Shown in pieces: positions 46,281 to 59,932 of a DNA stretch of 64,000 nucleotides (position 1 is the stretch's first letter; every line of letters starts with the position of its first letter). Under the pieces are notes generated by a model. That model did not search any database and was not told the DNA's origin. It was given only the letters and a program-made list of their open reading frames with translations. The translations under genes were made by a program, and so were the position numbers. The DNA comes from Eledone cirrhosa (lineage: Eukaryota): positions 1,736,001 to 1,800,000 of the forward strand of contig OZ024742.1 in assembly GCA_964016885.1 (NCBI GenBank). The letters run 5' to 3'.

Positions 46281-46815
46281 CCTATACATGGTCTCAGACT
46301 ATTCTGTACACTTTGACCTGCTGTATGAGGTATACTGTAATAGTCTGGACATATTCCACTCTGTCAGGACCCAACAACTAGTCTGGAACTTGCTGTTGAA
46401 AGAGCAAGAGTTCAGCCGTCAGGTCCTAACTCTTTATAACATAACCATACTCTACTACCTCACGTATTGAGTACTCTGTTGCATAATGGTCTAACTAGTT
46501 TTAAACTGGTTCTATCCTGATATATATATAGTGCACCTGAGCACTGTACACAATAATTTTCATTATTATTATTATAATATCCACCGAGGTTAACTTTACC
46601 TTTCATCCTTACGGGGTCGTTAAAATAAAGCACCAGTAATATACTGGGGTAATTGCTGGGCTTGTGCCAAAAGTAGAAAAATTATAATTTGGCAGTATCG
46701 GTAGCGGGTTGGACGCCATGCTTTGACGCATAGAGTTACAGCACTTGCCATTCTGAGTTCAAATCCCGCCGAGGTTAACATTGCCTTTCATCCTTACGGG
46801 GTCGATAAAATAAAG

Positions 46816-47189
46816 TACCAGTAATGTACTGGGTAATTGCTGGCCTTGTGCCAATAGTAGAAACAATTATTTTTTTTTTATAATAATAATAATGAGTATA
46901 AAGGAAGTTGCAGCTGCACTATAGCAGTTGCAACTATTGAAGTCTGTCAAAAAGCACTCAATGAGTGAGGGATTGTTATATATCTACCGAACACAAAAAG
47001 TAGAAATATAACAATCGGTAGAAATATAACAATCCCTCACTCATTGAGTGCTTTTTGACAGACTTCAATAGTTGCAGCTGCTATAGTGCAGCTGCAACTT
47101 CCTTTATACTCATTATTATTATTATTAAAAAAAAATAATTGTTTCTACTATTGGCACAAGGCCAGCAATTACCCAGTACATTACTGGTA
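46816..47189. repeat. Fold-back inverted repeat, about 175-bp arms (46816-46990 / 47015-47189), 24-bp spacer
   Basis: Arms nearly perfectly complementary; they include a SINE tail plus unique sequence. Confidence 0.9.
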
Positions 47190-47190
47190 T

Positions 47191-48501
47191 CTATCTATCT
47201 ATCTAAGGCGGGTAAAATTCCCGAGATCCATGGACAAGTTCTCTCCAGCGGTCTCTGTCCCTCATTATCGCTGCCATGTCCTGCATCTCCAACAGACCAG
47301 TGTCTGTCCTTAGGGCATCAACATAGGTTAACCTTGGTCTTCCTCTTCTAGTGTGTCCATGTAGGGGCTCCCAAAGGAGTACTGAGTGCAATGTCAACTC
47401 TGGATGTCGGTGAGCATGTCCAGCTAACCTCAGTCTCCTCTGTGTCACTTTTGAGCTGACTTTTGGGATGCTCCCATACAGCTCTGAGTTTTTCATCCTC
47501 AGTGTATACTGATCAATGTTCAGAGCCATCCTCAGCATTCTCGTGTAGCACCCATCCACCAACTGAGTGAGTTTCTTGGTCAGTGTCCAAGTCTCAGACC
47601 CATACAGCAGCACAGACTCCACTACAGCAATGAAGAGGCGGATTTTCAGGTCTCTACGAAGGTCCGACTTCCACACCGATCTCAAGCTGTGGCACGCCGC
47701 CCAGGCCTTGCTCTTCCTCTCAACCACATCATCTTCCGTATTCCCAATCTTTGCTCCCAAATACAGGAAGTCCTCAACCAATTCCAGCGGCTTCCCGCCT
47801 ACATTAGTGATCCCCTCTGGCTTCTCAACATTCTCTACCAGATATTTTGTTTTAGTCTAATTCATTCTCAGCCCCACACTCATCGACACAGTCTCAACCT
47901 CCCGCATCAAATCCCCTGCCTCCTTCACTGTATTTGTCACCAAAACTATGTCGTCGGCAAACTCAGCATCCGATACCTTTTTCGCCCTAATTCTCCTGCT
48001 CTGAGCCGGTGCTACAGTAAAGCCAGAGTCCTGGTGTTTCTCCAGTGCAAGCCGCATACAATAGTCCACTACGATGATAAAAAGGTAGGGAGCCAATGTA
48101 CCTCCCTGGAGCACTCCAGCCAGTATCTCAAAGAACTCTGTCATCCCATCAGGTGTAATGACTTGGGCTTTGGTGTTGGTGTAGAGCAGTGATATCAGGT
48201 CCACTATCTTCTTGGGGATTCCATAAGCCTGTAAGATCTTCATCAGGCAGTAACGGTCCACAGAATCAAAGGCCTTCCTAAAGTCAATGAAAACCATGAA
48301 CGCAGGAAGGCACTTTGCTCTAGCTCCCTCTAATATCCACCTCAGCATCAGGATGTGACTGGTGGTTGATCTACCCTCTCTGAAGCCGTTCTGGTTGTCC
48401 CTGAGCTTCTTCTCCATTTTAGGCTGGATCCTGTTAAGAATCATCCTGTTGAGGGTCTTTGCCACAAGTGATGTCAGTGAGATCCCCCGGTAGTTGTTGG
48501 T
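47191..48501 (-). mobile_element. Second RTE-type LINE family (no PHD), 5'-truncated, (GATA)n tail, 11-bp TSD ATTACTGGTAT
   Basis: NYRGISL, FIDFRKAFD, GVLQG, FADD, FLYLG, VLLYGSETW; TSD at 47180-47190 and 48502-48512. Confidence 0.92.
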
Positions 48502-49383
48502 ATTACTGGTATATATATATATATATATATATATCCCCAGCCTAACACACATACCTATTTATACCACAGTAATAATATAGAAGAATTAGTGTAAAAGTTA
48601 TTCTCTCTTTGACTTCTTTCTTTCAAGAAAAAGATCACAGTTATGTTCTAAGTCCATTCTACCTTTGATGTAACTGGTAAGACCTTTTAGTTTTTGTTGG
48701 GGTCTATCTTCAGGAATGACCCCTTTTCTTATATCTTTATAAATCTCCCATTTTTACTTTTCATTGGTTCCAGCTAAACATATTTTTGATCACTCTGCTC
48801 CCCCCCTCTCTCTCTCTCTGGTTTCATTCCGTTTCTCTCTCTTTCTGGTTAATTCTATCTCTCTTTCTATTAAATTGATGACCCCACCCCCTATCCACCT
48901 TGTAGTAGTATTACACATTATTATTATTAAAATGTTTATAGCATTTCTTCCTTACTCGGTATTCTGATTTCAAATGGATAAAATTACTTTCAAACCTTCT
49001 GAGGCCAATAAAATAAAGTACCAGTAACTTACTTGGGTAGATATATTCGAATTTTTTCACCCCTCAAAATTGCTGGGCTTCTGCCCAATTTGGAAAATAA
49101 CATTATTATGTCAGCCATTGTGGCCAATAAATGAAATCATTATTATTATTATTGGCGGTGGATTGGCAGTATCGGTAGTGGGTCGGACGCCATACTTTGA
49201 CGCATAGAGTTACGGCCCTTGCCATTCTGAGCTCAAATTCTGCCAAGCTTAACTTTGCCTTTCATCCTTACGGGGTCCATAAAATAAAGCACCAGTAATG
49301 TATTGGGGCTGATTTAATCGACTTTCCCCTCCCCCAATTTACTGGCCTTGTGCCTATACTAGAAATCATTATTATTATTATTA

Positions 49384-49931
49384 CTAGCAGAAAAACCACT
49401 CTTCACAAGTATATATGCATGTAGATATGATACATCAAATAAAATCGTAATTGACAATATACACAGAAATTGAACGAAGACTGTGTTACATTTTCTTATG
49501 TAATCAGTAACGTAATCCATGATACATTAAAAAAAAGACGATATTATATTATAAACTGCATTAGGAGAAAATTAGTGACGGAAATATATGAATGTTTATT
49601 TAAACGATCGCTAACTGGAAGTGTTGACATTTGAAAATTTTAAAGAAGTGAATCTTTAAATAAGGCACAAAATTATTTATATTTAATCAAGAATAACAAA
49701 ATTTAGTAGATAAATTATGTAATATTCATTCATTACGATCTGAGTTCAAATCCCGCCGAGGTTGACTTTGCCTTTCATCCTTACGGGGTAGATAAAATAA
49801 AGTACCATTGCTGGCCTTGTGCCTAAAGTAGAAACAATTATTTATACAAAGTAATCCAACTTATTTTACAAACGGGGTAAAAAATATATTCTGAACACTG
49901 TCTCGCACTCCTTACTTTATTATAGTTTAGA
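49384..49931 (-). mobile_element. Possible degenerate non-autonomous Helitron with a nested SINE fragment
   Basis: Minus strand begins TCTAAACTATAATAAAG and ends CTAG, between A and T; 3' hairpin not convincing. Confidence 0.4.
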
Positions 49932-51378
49932 TTATAAAACGAAAAATTAACTTAAACATTTCTGTTGTTCACTGGACTAATGCTTATTCTAGGGTCACAG
50001 TTGTTTGCCAGGTTTCAAGCTCAATATAATTCTCCAATCAGCAAGATAAGACAAATCTTCTCATCTCTCGTATATAATCCATAGAATGAGACTTAATGTC
50101 ACTCTGACCAGCTGTATTAATCTGGTTCATCTCTCCTATATAATCCATAGAATCTGGTTCATCTCTCATATATAATCCATAGAACCAGACTTCACATCAC
50201 TCTGACCAGCTGTATTAATCTGGTGGTACAGAGTTCTTAGATAATAATGTAGAAAAGGTAAAGATGAAAAATTAAGTCCTTTTATTCTTCTAAGTTTCTA
50301 TAAAAATAAATGGAAAAAACAAAATAAAAAAAAACCTTGCTCAAGCTCTATTATTCATATATAGACATTAATATATCATGATTTGGGCATTGACTCAAGG
50401 ACTGAAATATTAGTTCTGTTTATTGTTGTGTCTTCTGAGAAGATAGTAATGATAAAGGAAGCAATGCCTGTGAAATATCCTTTATATAGCAGCAGTATGA
50501 TATATAACATTATTTAAAGGAATGGTAAGTTTTAAATAACAGAAATGTCCTTATATCAACCTAAGTGAAATAAAATGTAAGTATATACCATAAATAGAGA
50601 ATCCTTTGTTATATAAAAACTCAAAAGGATATCTGTTCCCTACATTTTCCTTTTCACGCTGGTTGCCATTGTGACTTGAAGTGTCCTAGGGCTTCGAACT
50701 GCCGTTTTCCTTTCCTAAATTAGAAAAATGACAGCCTGCCTATGGAAGGAGCCCCATGAAGTGGTGTGGCTGTTGCAGCGATTGCTACTGGCCATTCTTT
50801 GTGGTAATACCTCCGCCATTTTGTCTGCAACTGAGAGATAGCACTCAAACTGGGGTGTGATTTGTGTCACTCCCTCCCCATTTTCCATTCCTTTTGCTGT
50901 TTAATTTCTACTTTCATTTTACTTTCTTATTCTATTTTTTATTACTTTACTGTCAAATTATCTCCCTCTATTGACGACCGTTTTTTTATAGTTATCTCCC
51001 CTATACTCTACCTTTAGTTATCTCCCCCATTCGCTAACTTGCCCAGTTATCTCCCCTGAATTTCCTTTCTTTAACATATTTACTGAGTTTTCATATTTTA
51101 AATTTCGTCTCTTCATAAACATTTCACAACTGCATCCTTAACTGTCGCTATATAATTAGCCCCAGCTGTATATCAACACCTTATATTCTATATCACTCAC
51201 CTTTATCTCTATAATTAACTTCCACATCACTTTAATCAACCTCAGGTGTGTTATGTACATCACTAACTTTCTTTATTATATAATCAATCACAGGTGTGTT
51301 AATTTGATATTTATAATGATTTTGTTGTATATCATTCTTCAGTCATATTTGTTGGTGATTGTCTCTTTCTATATTTAA

Positions 51379-51418
<40 letters not shown>

Positions 51419-51564
51419 ATTAGAATACTGGAGCGTGTTTGAGTCAAACACCCTCTTCGTATTATAGAAATGACAGTAAAAGGTATGCTCAATGCAGTTA
51501 AACAGAGCCAAAAAATTAAGAGAGTAAAACAAAGAATCCTTTAATACATCAAAAGTTTTTATTA

Positions 51565-51602
51565 GCCGACAATGTTTCGTCCTATTAAGGACTCATCAGG
51601 GC
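51565..51602 (-). ncRNA. Minimal type I hammerhead ribozyme
   Basis: Reverse complement of 52704-52741. Confidence 0.88.
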
Positions 51603-52703
51603 AATCAAAACAACAAGAGGTAATTTCGGCAGATACAAGCCAGAAACTCTGAAGAATATGGAGTGTACATACACTAATGTCTTACAAAGATATACGATAA
51701 TAAAAATGAAGATAAAAATAATAAAATTATAAAATTATAATAACTAAGGATGTAGATAACATTAAGAACCATATTACAAATATAGTCCAAAGCCACCAAC
51801 TTAAATCTAAACAAATTTGGTTATATAGAGCAGGAATTATATATAACACAGTATAATACATTATAATAATAATATATTTATACCAACATTAAAATTCCAA
51901 ATTAAAAATCAAAAGGTACAATATATACATGTATATATGTGCGCACACACACACACATACACACACATATTACAATACACATATCTATTTTCTATTACAC
52001 AGAAATTAAGCCCTATTGGAAGTTTGAATATTAAAAATATTAAAAATAAGCATGGTAATAGTGAAAATAATGCTAATACATCTACCCAATATACATGAGG
52101 CAATAATATGATATAATTACAAGAAACACTTATAACAAATAATAAACAACAAAATTATATAATTCAATACAATATAATAAAGTAGAATAGGTAATCCCCG
52201 GTTAATTTACAGAAACAATATAGATGTCACAGTGAAATACAATGATAAAATGTTAACATTATATTAACAATTACCATAAACAATATGTACAACATGATTC
52301 ATACTGGGTTACATAATAAATGAGGAAATATCAATCATATAATATAATACAATAATACTCAAAAAAACTATATTGGTACAGGGAACAATTATGATGTTAC
52401 AGAAAAAATATGTTGTTACAGAAAAAATATACAGACATCTAACATGATATGTAAAGTCTAAATATCATAATGTTACATATTACAATATTAAAATATTAAA
52501 AAATCCAGACATCTTATAGGATATATAAAGTTTAAATATCATAATGTTATATATAATAAATGTTATTATAATTTTATAATTTTATTATTTTTATCTTCAT
52601 TTTTATTATCGTATATCTTTGTAAGACATTAGTGTATGTACACTCCATATTCTTCAGAGTTTCTGGCTTGTATCTGCCGAAATTACCTCTTGTTGTTTTG
52701 ATT

Positions 52704-52741
52704 GCCCTGATGAGTCCTTAATAGGACGAAACATTGTCGGC
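52704..52741 (+). ncRNA. Minimal type I hammerhead ribozyme with canonical core
   Basis: GCC-CTGATGA-GTCCT-TAAT-AGGAC-GAAA-CATTG-TC-GGC; G-C closing pair of stem II, GUC cleavage triplet. Confidence 0.88.
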
Positions 52742-52786
52742 TAATAAAAACTTTTGATGTATTAAAGGATTCTTTGTTTTACTCTC

Positions 52787-52871
<85 letters not shown>

Positions 52872-53130
52872 ATATATATATATATATTGATTCTGAGAAA
52901 TAACATGCTAATGTATATATATATATATATATATAGTGTATGTGTGTGTATATATAATTGTTTCTACTTTTGGCACAAGGCCACCAATTACCCAGTGTAT
53001 TACTGGTACTTTATTTTATTGACCCTGTAAGGTTGAAAGGCAAAGTTAACCTCGGCGGGATTTGAACTCAGACCATAAAGGGACGTAACTCTGTGTATAT
53101 ATAATGATTCTAAGAAGTAATATGTTAATG

Positions 53131-53163
<33 letters not shown>

Positions 53164-53269
53164 ATATAAGTATATAATGATTTTAAGTAATGTGCTAATG
53201 TCTATATATATGTTTGTGTATATATATATATGTGAATATAATGATTTTAAGAAGTAATATGCTACTGTC

Positions 53270-53304
<35 letters not shown>

Positions 53305-53311
53305 TTATGTA

Positions 53312-53369
<58 letters not shown>

Positions 53370-53372
<3 letters not shown>

Positions 53373-55980
53373 CCCACAGCCAGTCATAAATTTAAAAGCA
53401 TATTACTTGATGCTTTTGATAGTAAGGAAGAGCAATTAGAGTCGTACAATATAGAGGAATGGTGGGAATTCCTGAAAGCTAACCTGCTGAAGGCGACAGA
53501 TGAAACCTGTGGCTGGAGCAGGCCTATAGGCAGGAGGAGAGTAACTTGGTGGTGGAACAGTAAGGTGGAGAGGTCAATCAAGGCCAAAAAGCAGGCTTGG
53601 AAAGCATGGCGGGATGGGGGAAGTAGAGAAGACTATCAAGTGGCCAGGAGGGAAGCTAGGAGACAAGTGTACTTCGCAAGAAGGGAAGCAGAGGAAAGAA
53701 AGTTCAAGCATGTTCTACAACGCGAGGACCAAAAACGTGAGGTGTTCAGGATTGCTAGGCAATGTGTCAAGGAAAACAGTGATATTGTCGGGGAGAAGTG
53801 TGTCCTAAATGATGATGGTGTACTTGCCATCACTGACGCTGATAAGAAGGTAGCTTGGAAGTGTCACTACGAAAGGCTACTAAATGAGGAGAATAATTGG
53901 GAGAAAGACAGTCTCCCCCACATCGACCCAATAGAGGGACCAGCAGTGCAAGTTGAAGGTAGTATAATAAGTAAGGCGATCAAAGACATGAAGACGGGCA
54001 AGGCGGCCGGGCCTTCGGAAATAGTTGCCGAAATGCTGAAAGCATCTGGAACGGTGGGACACACTATGGTCACCCGGATAGTAAACCAAGTCATACAGAA
54101 TGGGGTCGCTCCGAAGGACTAGCGCAGCAGCATCATCATTAACTGCTACAAGGGTAAAGGTGATGCCCTAGATAGGGGAAACTATAGAGGCATTAAATTA
54201 ATTGACCAGGTCATGAAGGTCACAGAAAAAGTAATAGCGCAACTAATCAGAGAGCGAATTGATCTAGACGAAATGCAGTTCGGGTTTGTGTCAGGTAAAA
54301 GTACAACAGACGCTCTTTTCATTGTACGACAACTACAGGAGAAGTACCTAGCTAAAAGTAAACCCCCATACTTAGCTTTTGTTGACTTGGAGAAAGCCTT
54401 TGACAGAGTACCCCGCTCGATTATCTGGTGGGCCCTTAGAAAACTAGGTGTTGATGAATGGCTTGTGAGAGCTATACAAGCCATGTATAAACAAACAGCC
54501 AGCAAGGTTAGAATTAACAACGAATATAGTGAAGAGTTTAGCGTAAAAGTTGGTGTTCATCAGGGCTCCGTCCTTAGCCCCCTACTATATATTATTGCCC
54601 TTCAGGCTATAACAGAGGAGTTCAAGACCGGCTGCCCATGGGAACTCCTATATGCAGATGATCTAACGCTCATAGCTGAATCAATGGCTGAACTAGAGAA
54701 GAAATTCCAAACACGGAAGCATGGCCTAGAATCAAAAGGCATTAAAGTTAACTTGTCTAAGACTAAAGTTCTAGTTTGTAGGAAGGAAAATAGGGCACCG
54801 GTTCCATCTGGGAAATGGCCATGCTCAGTGTGTAGGAAAGGAGTAGGTAGAAACTTCATTTTATGTCCCAAATGCAAAGTATGGGTGCATAAAAGATGTA
54901 GTGGGATCACAGGTAAACTATCTAAGAATATAGATTTTATACGTGGCCGGTGCTCTGGTGCAATAAGTAGCAGCAAGTGCCCACAGAATACTAACTCGTT
55001 CCATTGCACAGGTGGTTCTATAGAAATAGTGGACAGCTTTCAGCAGTGGGGGAGGGTGCTCTGAAAGTACAGTAGCTAGGGTCAGAACGGGATGGAAAAA
55101 GTTCAGAGAGCTTATACCACTATTGGCCGCTAAAGGGTTCTCTCTAAAAATGAAAGGCAGGCTGTATGATGCCTGCATACGAACAGCAATGTTACATGGC
55201 AGTCAGACCTGGGCATTGTGTGCAGAGGATATACGCAGACTGGAGAGAACCGAAGCTTGCATGCTCCGCTGGATGTGTAATAGTAACATACGTGAACGGC
55301 AAAGCATAAACGTACTAAGGGAGAAATTAGAAATAAGAGGGATCAGATGTTGTTTACTCGAGAGAAGACTACGTTGGTATGGTCACGTGATGCGCATGAA
55401 AGACGACAGCTGTATAAAAAAGTGCAGGGCAATAAAAATAGACGGTAGCCACGGAGTAGGCAGACCCAGAAAAACCTGGGACGACTTGATAAATTCAGAC
55501 CTCACACACTTACACCTCTCCAAGACAATGTCACTGGACCGAGATCTTTGGCGCTACACAGTAATACAGAAAACCCGCCCTACCTAAGTACAAAGTGAAA
55601 CCTACTACAGTCAGTAGGCACCTCTAACAAAATACACTCCCGTCCCACTACCCCCACCCCATCCACACCACCCCTTTCAATGTAAAGTTATGTTGGTACC
55701 ACAACATCCAGTCTGAAACAAATGAGGTCGTGTAGGTGTCACGACAAAAAAAAACACACAGTCCACGCTGTAATGTGGCCGTGTAGGTAACACGGTAAAA
55801 ACCTCCCAGTTCACACTGTAAATGTGGTTGGTGTTAGGAAGGGCATCCAGCCGTAGAAAACCCGCCAGACAGTCCTATGCGAGCAAGACACCCACTCTTG
55901 CCTCAAGTGGGAAAACTCACATCCAAACCCATGCAAGCGTGGAAGATGGACGTTAAACGATGATGATGATGATGATGATG
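53370..55980 (+). mobile_element. PHD-bearing RTE LINE, longest copy in the window (linker, RT, 3' UTR), pseudogenised
   Basis: TWWWN linker and RT motifs; stop at 54120 and frameshifting deletion near 55040; (GAT)n tail. Confidence 0.94.
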
Positions 55981-56617
55981 ATATATATATGTGTGTGTGT
56001 ATATATCGTTTCTGAATTTGTTTAGCAAGATTCTTTATCTATGTGCATATACATATATATATACATGTATATATATAGATACATATATATATATATATGT
56101 GGTGGTGGTGGTGTATATATAATATATGTATAAATAAATACATATGCGAATGCCTATATATATATATGTATAAATACACCCAGTAAATTGTGAGTCTAAA
56201 ATCCTGTTTGCTTCAGGTTAAGTTTATCCAAGCAATGTAGTATTTCCCGTAGTTTTAGACACAATTTACTGCCTTTATTACTACATATATTATTATATGC
56301 TCAGTTTTATACTTTGAGCTTGTTAATTACAGGGTATCAGTATGAGTTAGTAACTCTGTATTATATTTGTGTATATATATATATGAAGGCATGTGGCTGA
56401 GTGGTTAGAGAATTGGATTCGCAATCGTAAGGTTGTGAGTTCGATTCCTGGACCAGGCGATGCGTTATGTCCTTGAGCAAGACACTTTATTTCACGTTGC
56501 TCCTTCTACCTGGAGTTGCGACCGATAGATAGTATTAGCAATTGGAAAGACCAACGGAAACATTGTTCCCTCGGTCCGATTTGACGAAAGTCGATCGATT
56601 TCTATATATATATATAT

Positions 56618-59020
56618 CTATCTATCTAAGGCGGGTAAAATTCCCGAGATCCATGGACGAGTTCTCTCCAGCGGTCTCTGTCCCTCATTATCGCTGCCAT
56701 ATCCTGCATCTCCAACAGACCAGTGTCTGTCCTTAGGGCATCAACATATGTTAACCTTGGTCTTCCTCTTCTAGTCTGTCCATGTAGGGGCTCCCAAAGG
56801 AGCACTGAGTGCAATGTCATCTCTGGATGTCGGTGAGCATGTCCAGCCAACCTCAGTCTCCTCTGTGTCACTTTTGAGCTGACTTTTGGGATGCTCCCAT
56901 ACAGCTCTGAGTTTTTCATCCTCAGTGTATACTGGTTAATGTTCAGAGCCATCCTCAGCATTCTCGTGTAGCACCCATCCACCATCTGAGTGAGTCTCTT
57001 GGTCAGTGTCCAAGTCTCAGACCCATACAGCAGCACAGACTCCACTACAGCAATGAAGAGGCGGATTTTCAGGTCTCTACGAAGGTCCGACTTCCACACC
57101 GATCTCAAGCTGTGACACGCCGCCCAGGCCTTGCTCTTCCTCTCAACCACATCATCTTCCGTATTCCCAATCTTTGCTCCCAAATACAGGAAGTCCTCAA
57201 CCAATTCCAGCGGCTTCCTGCCTACATTAGTGATCCCCTCTGGCTTCTCAACATTCTCTACCAGATATTTTGTTTTAGTCTCATTCATTCTCAGCCCCAC
57301 ACTCATCGACACAGTCTCAACCTCCCGCATCAAATCCTCTGCCTCCTTCACTGTATTTGTCACCAAAACTATGTCGTCGGCAAATTCAGCATCCGATACC
57401 TTTTTCGCCCCAACTCTCCGAACTTGATGGCGACCAACCTAAGGTTTAGGAAGAATCTGGGGAAGATGTGGACCTAGATCTCAGATATGCACCTGTCCAA
57501 GTCCCAGATTGATTTCATTCTGGTGAGGAAAAAGTGGCGGAATAGTGTTCTGAACACGGAACCATACAGCTATTTCAGTACACTGGGTAGTGACCACCGG
57601 CTTGTATGAGTGAGGTCTGCGTGAGCTTAAGAAAGAGCAAGGCTCAGACCCGAAGAACAATCTATGACTGGGGAGCTTTCAAGGAAGATGATAAGCTACA
57701 GGAGAGGTTCACAGTGGAAGTGAGAAACAGGTTTAGTGCTCTGTGTGGAGAGTCAGAGGAGAGAGAGATTGGATGGACTGAGGAGAGTGTGACGAGGAGG
57801 TACGGGCACTTCACCAATGCAGTGGCGAAAGCAAGTGAAACGCTGGTGCCGAGGAAAAAGAACAAAGGGAAGCACGTCAGCTCTGCAAACCCAAAAGTGT
57901 GTGCAGCCAGAGAACACTTGAAAGCTGCCAGGGACCAATTCTATGCTGATCCTACGGAGGAGAGGATGGAGACTGTGGAGGTGATGAGGGAAGAGCTCTG
58001 TACCGCTTACACTGAGGTCAGAGAGGAGGCACTGATAGAGCAGATCAGAAGTGTGGAGAGAGCGGTTGACAGATCTGGATGTAAGGAGAGCTGGATGATC
58101 ATCAACGAGATCACAGGGAGAAAGAAAAGGTGTTCGAGTCAGATCCAGGGAACGGGGCCCGAGGATAGGAAGAGGAAATGGCTAGACCATTTTAGGACCC
58201 TACTAGGAGAGCCACCCTCCACAGCCCAGAGCACTGGGGAGATCAGGCGGCTGTTTGAGGAACTGGATGTTGAGACAGAGCCCTTCACCAGAGAGGAGCT
58301 TCAGAGAGCCAAGAAGAAGATCAAGGAGGGCAAGGCTCATGGAGAAGATGGAGTGGCATCAGAGATGATGAAGAGGTGTGATTTTGATGATATCATCCTG
58401 GGGTTCTGTAATGGGGCACTGGAGAAAGGAGTTGCCCCGAATCGGTGGAGGATCAGTAACATCGTCCCAGTGCCAAAGAAGGGAGATCTCTCTAACACCA
58501 ACAACTACCGGGGGATCTCACTGACGTCACTTGTGGCAAAGACCCTCAACAGGATGATTCTTAACAGGATCCAGCCTGAGATGGAGAAGAAGCTCAGGGA
58601 CAACCAGAACGGCTTCAGAGAGGGTAGATCAACCACCAGTCACATCCTGATGCTGAGGAGGATATTAGAGGGAGCTAGAGCAAAGTGCCTTCCTGCGGTC
58701 ATGGTTTTCATTGACTTTAGGAAGGCCTTTGATTCTGTGGACCGTTACTGCCTGATGAAGATCTTACAGGCTTATAGAATCCCCAAGAGGATAGTGGACC
58801 TGATATCACTGCTCTACACCAACACCAAAGCCCAAGTCATTACACCTGATGGGATGACAGAGTTCTTTGAGATACTGGCTGGAGTGCTCCAGGGAGATAC
58901 ATTGGCTCCCTACCTTTTTATCATCGTAGTGGACTATTGTATGCGCCTTGCACTGGAGAAACACCAGGACTCTGGCTTTACTGTAGCACTGGCTCAGAGC
59001 AGGAGAGTTGGGGCGAAAAA
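56618..59020. mobile_element. Second RTE family copy with 5' inversion: 3' part on minus (56618-57419), APE/RT part on plus (57420-59020)
   Basis: SQIDFIL...SDHRLV endonuclease end and RT motifs on plus stop at RRVGAK; the minus segment resumes at the same point into FADD. Confidence 0.92.
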
Positions 59021-59217
59021 TATATATATATATATATATATATGCGTGTATATATAATGATTCTAAGAAGTAATATGTTAATGTCTTTATATATATATAT
59101 ATAAGTTGAAAAAAAATGAAAACGAAATTTCATTTCTCACTCTTAGTATGGCACTTACTTAAATGTAAGTATGTATGTATACGTACATACATATATGTAT
59201 ACAGATGTACAGTAGCA

Positions 59218-59265
<48 letters not shown>

Positions 59266-59418
59266 CATACAGGTACACATACATATATGCACGCATCAGT
59301 TTAGCGGACGCTTATTATAACGCCGCTTTGTTCGTTTGTCAACAAACTGAACAGCCTGAATTTATGCCATACGGTGTTAAGGCAACCACGTCACCTTTTT
59401 GTTCAACACTGACACAGG

Positions 59419-59463
59419 AACGATGTACTAGTTTCAAGCTTGTTAGCTATCATCAGCACCGTT
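59419..59463 (-). ncRNA. Minimal type I hammerhead ribozyme
   Basis: Reverse complement of 59933-59977. Confidence 0.75.
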
Positions 59464-59700
59464 TACCCATCTGCCAGATAGTTGAATGTTCGAAAGTATA
59501 TACTTTCCTTATGAAAATTAACGGCTGAGCAGCCTAATTTGCATATTGAGTGAGTTAAATTGGTCAGGCATACCGAAAACGATAAGTTTAAAAAAAATGA
59601 AAACGAAATTTCATTTCTCACTCTTAGTATGGCACTTACTTAGATGTAAGTATTTATGTATACGTACATACATATATGTATACAGACGTACAGTAGCATG

Positions 59701-59758
<58 letters not shown>

Positions 59759-59932
59759 CATACAGGTACACATACATATATGCACGTTTCGTTTTCATTT
59801 TTTTTTCAACTTATCGTTTTCGGTATGCCTGACCGATTTAACTTACTCAATATGCAAATTAGGCTGCTCAGCCGTTAATTTTCATAAGGAAAGTATATAC
59901 TTTCGAACGTTCAACTATATGGCAGATGGGTA

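Larger units (their letters stand above)
51515..52791. mobile_element. Non-coding Penelope-like remnant: 230-bp inverted repeats (51515-51744 / 52562-52791), each with a hammerhead, around an AT-rich spacer
   Basis: Arms are reverse complements by eye; the right arm abuts (TA)n. Confidence 0.8.

Noticed and set aside
50590-51330. Mixed-composition block with repeated TTATCTCCCC
   Set aside because: Looks like a decayed element end, but no termini or coding motif could be supported
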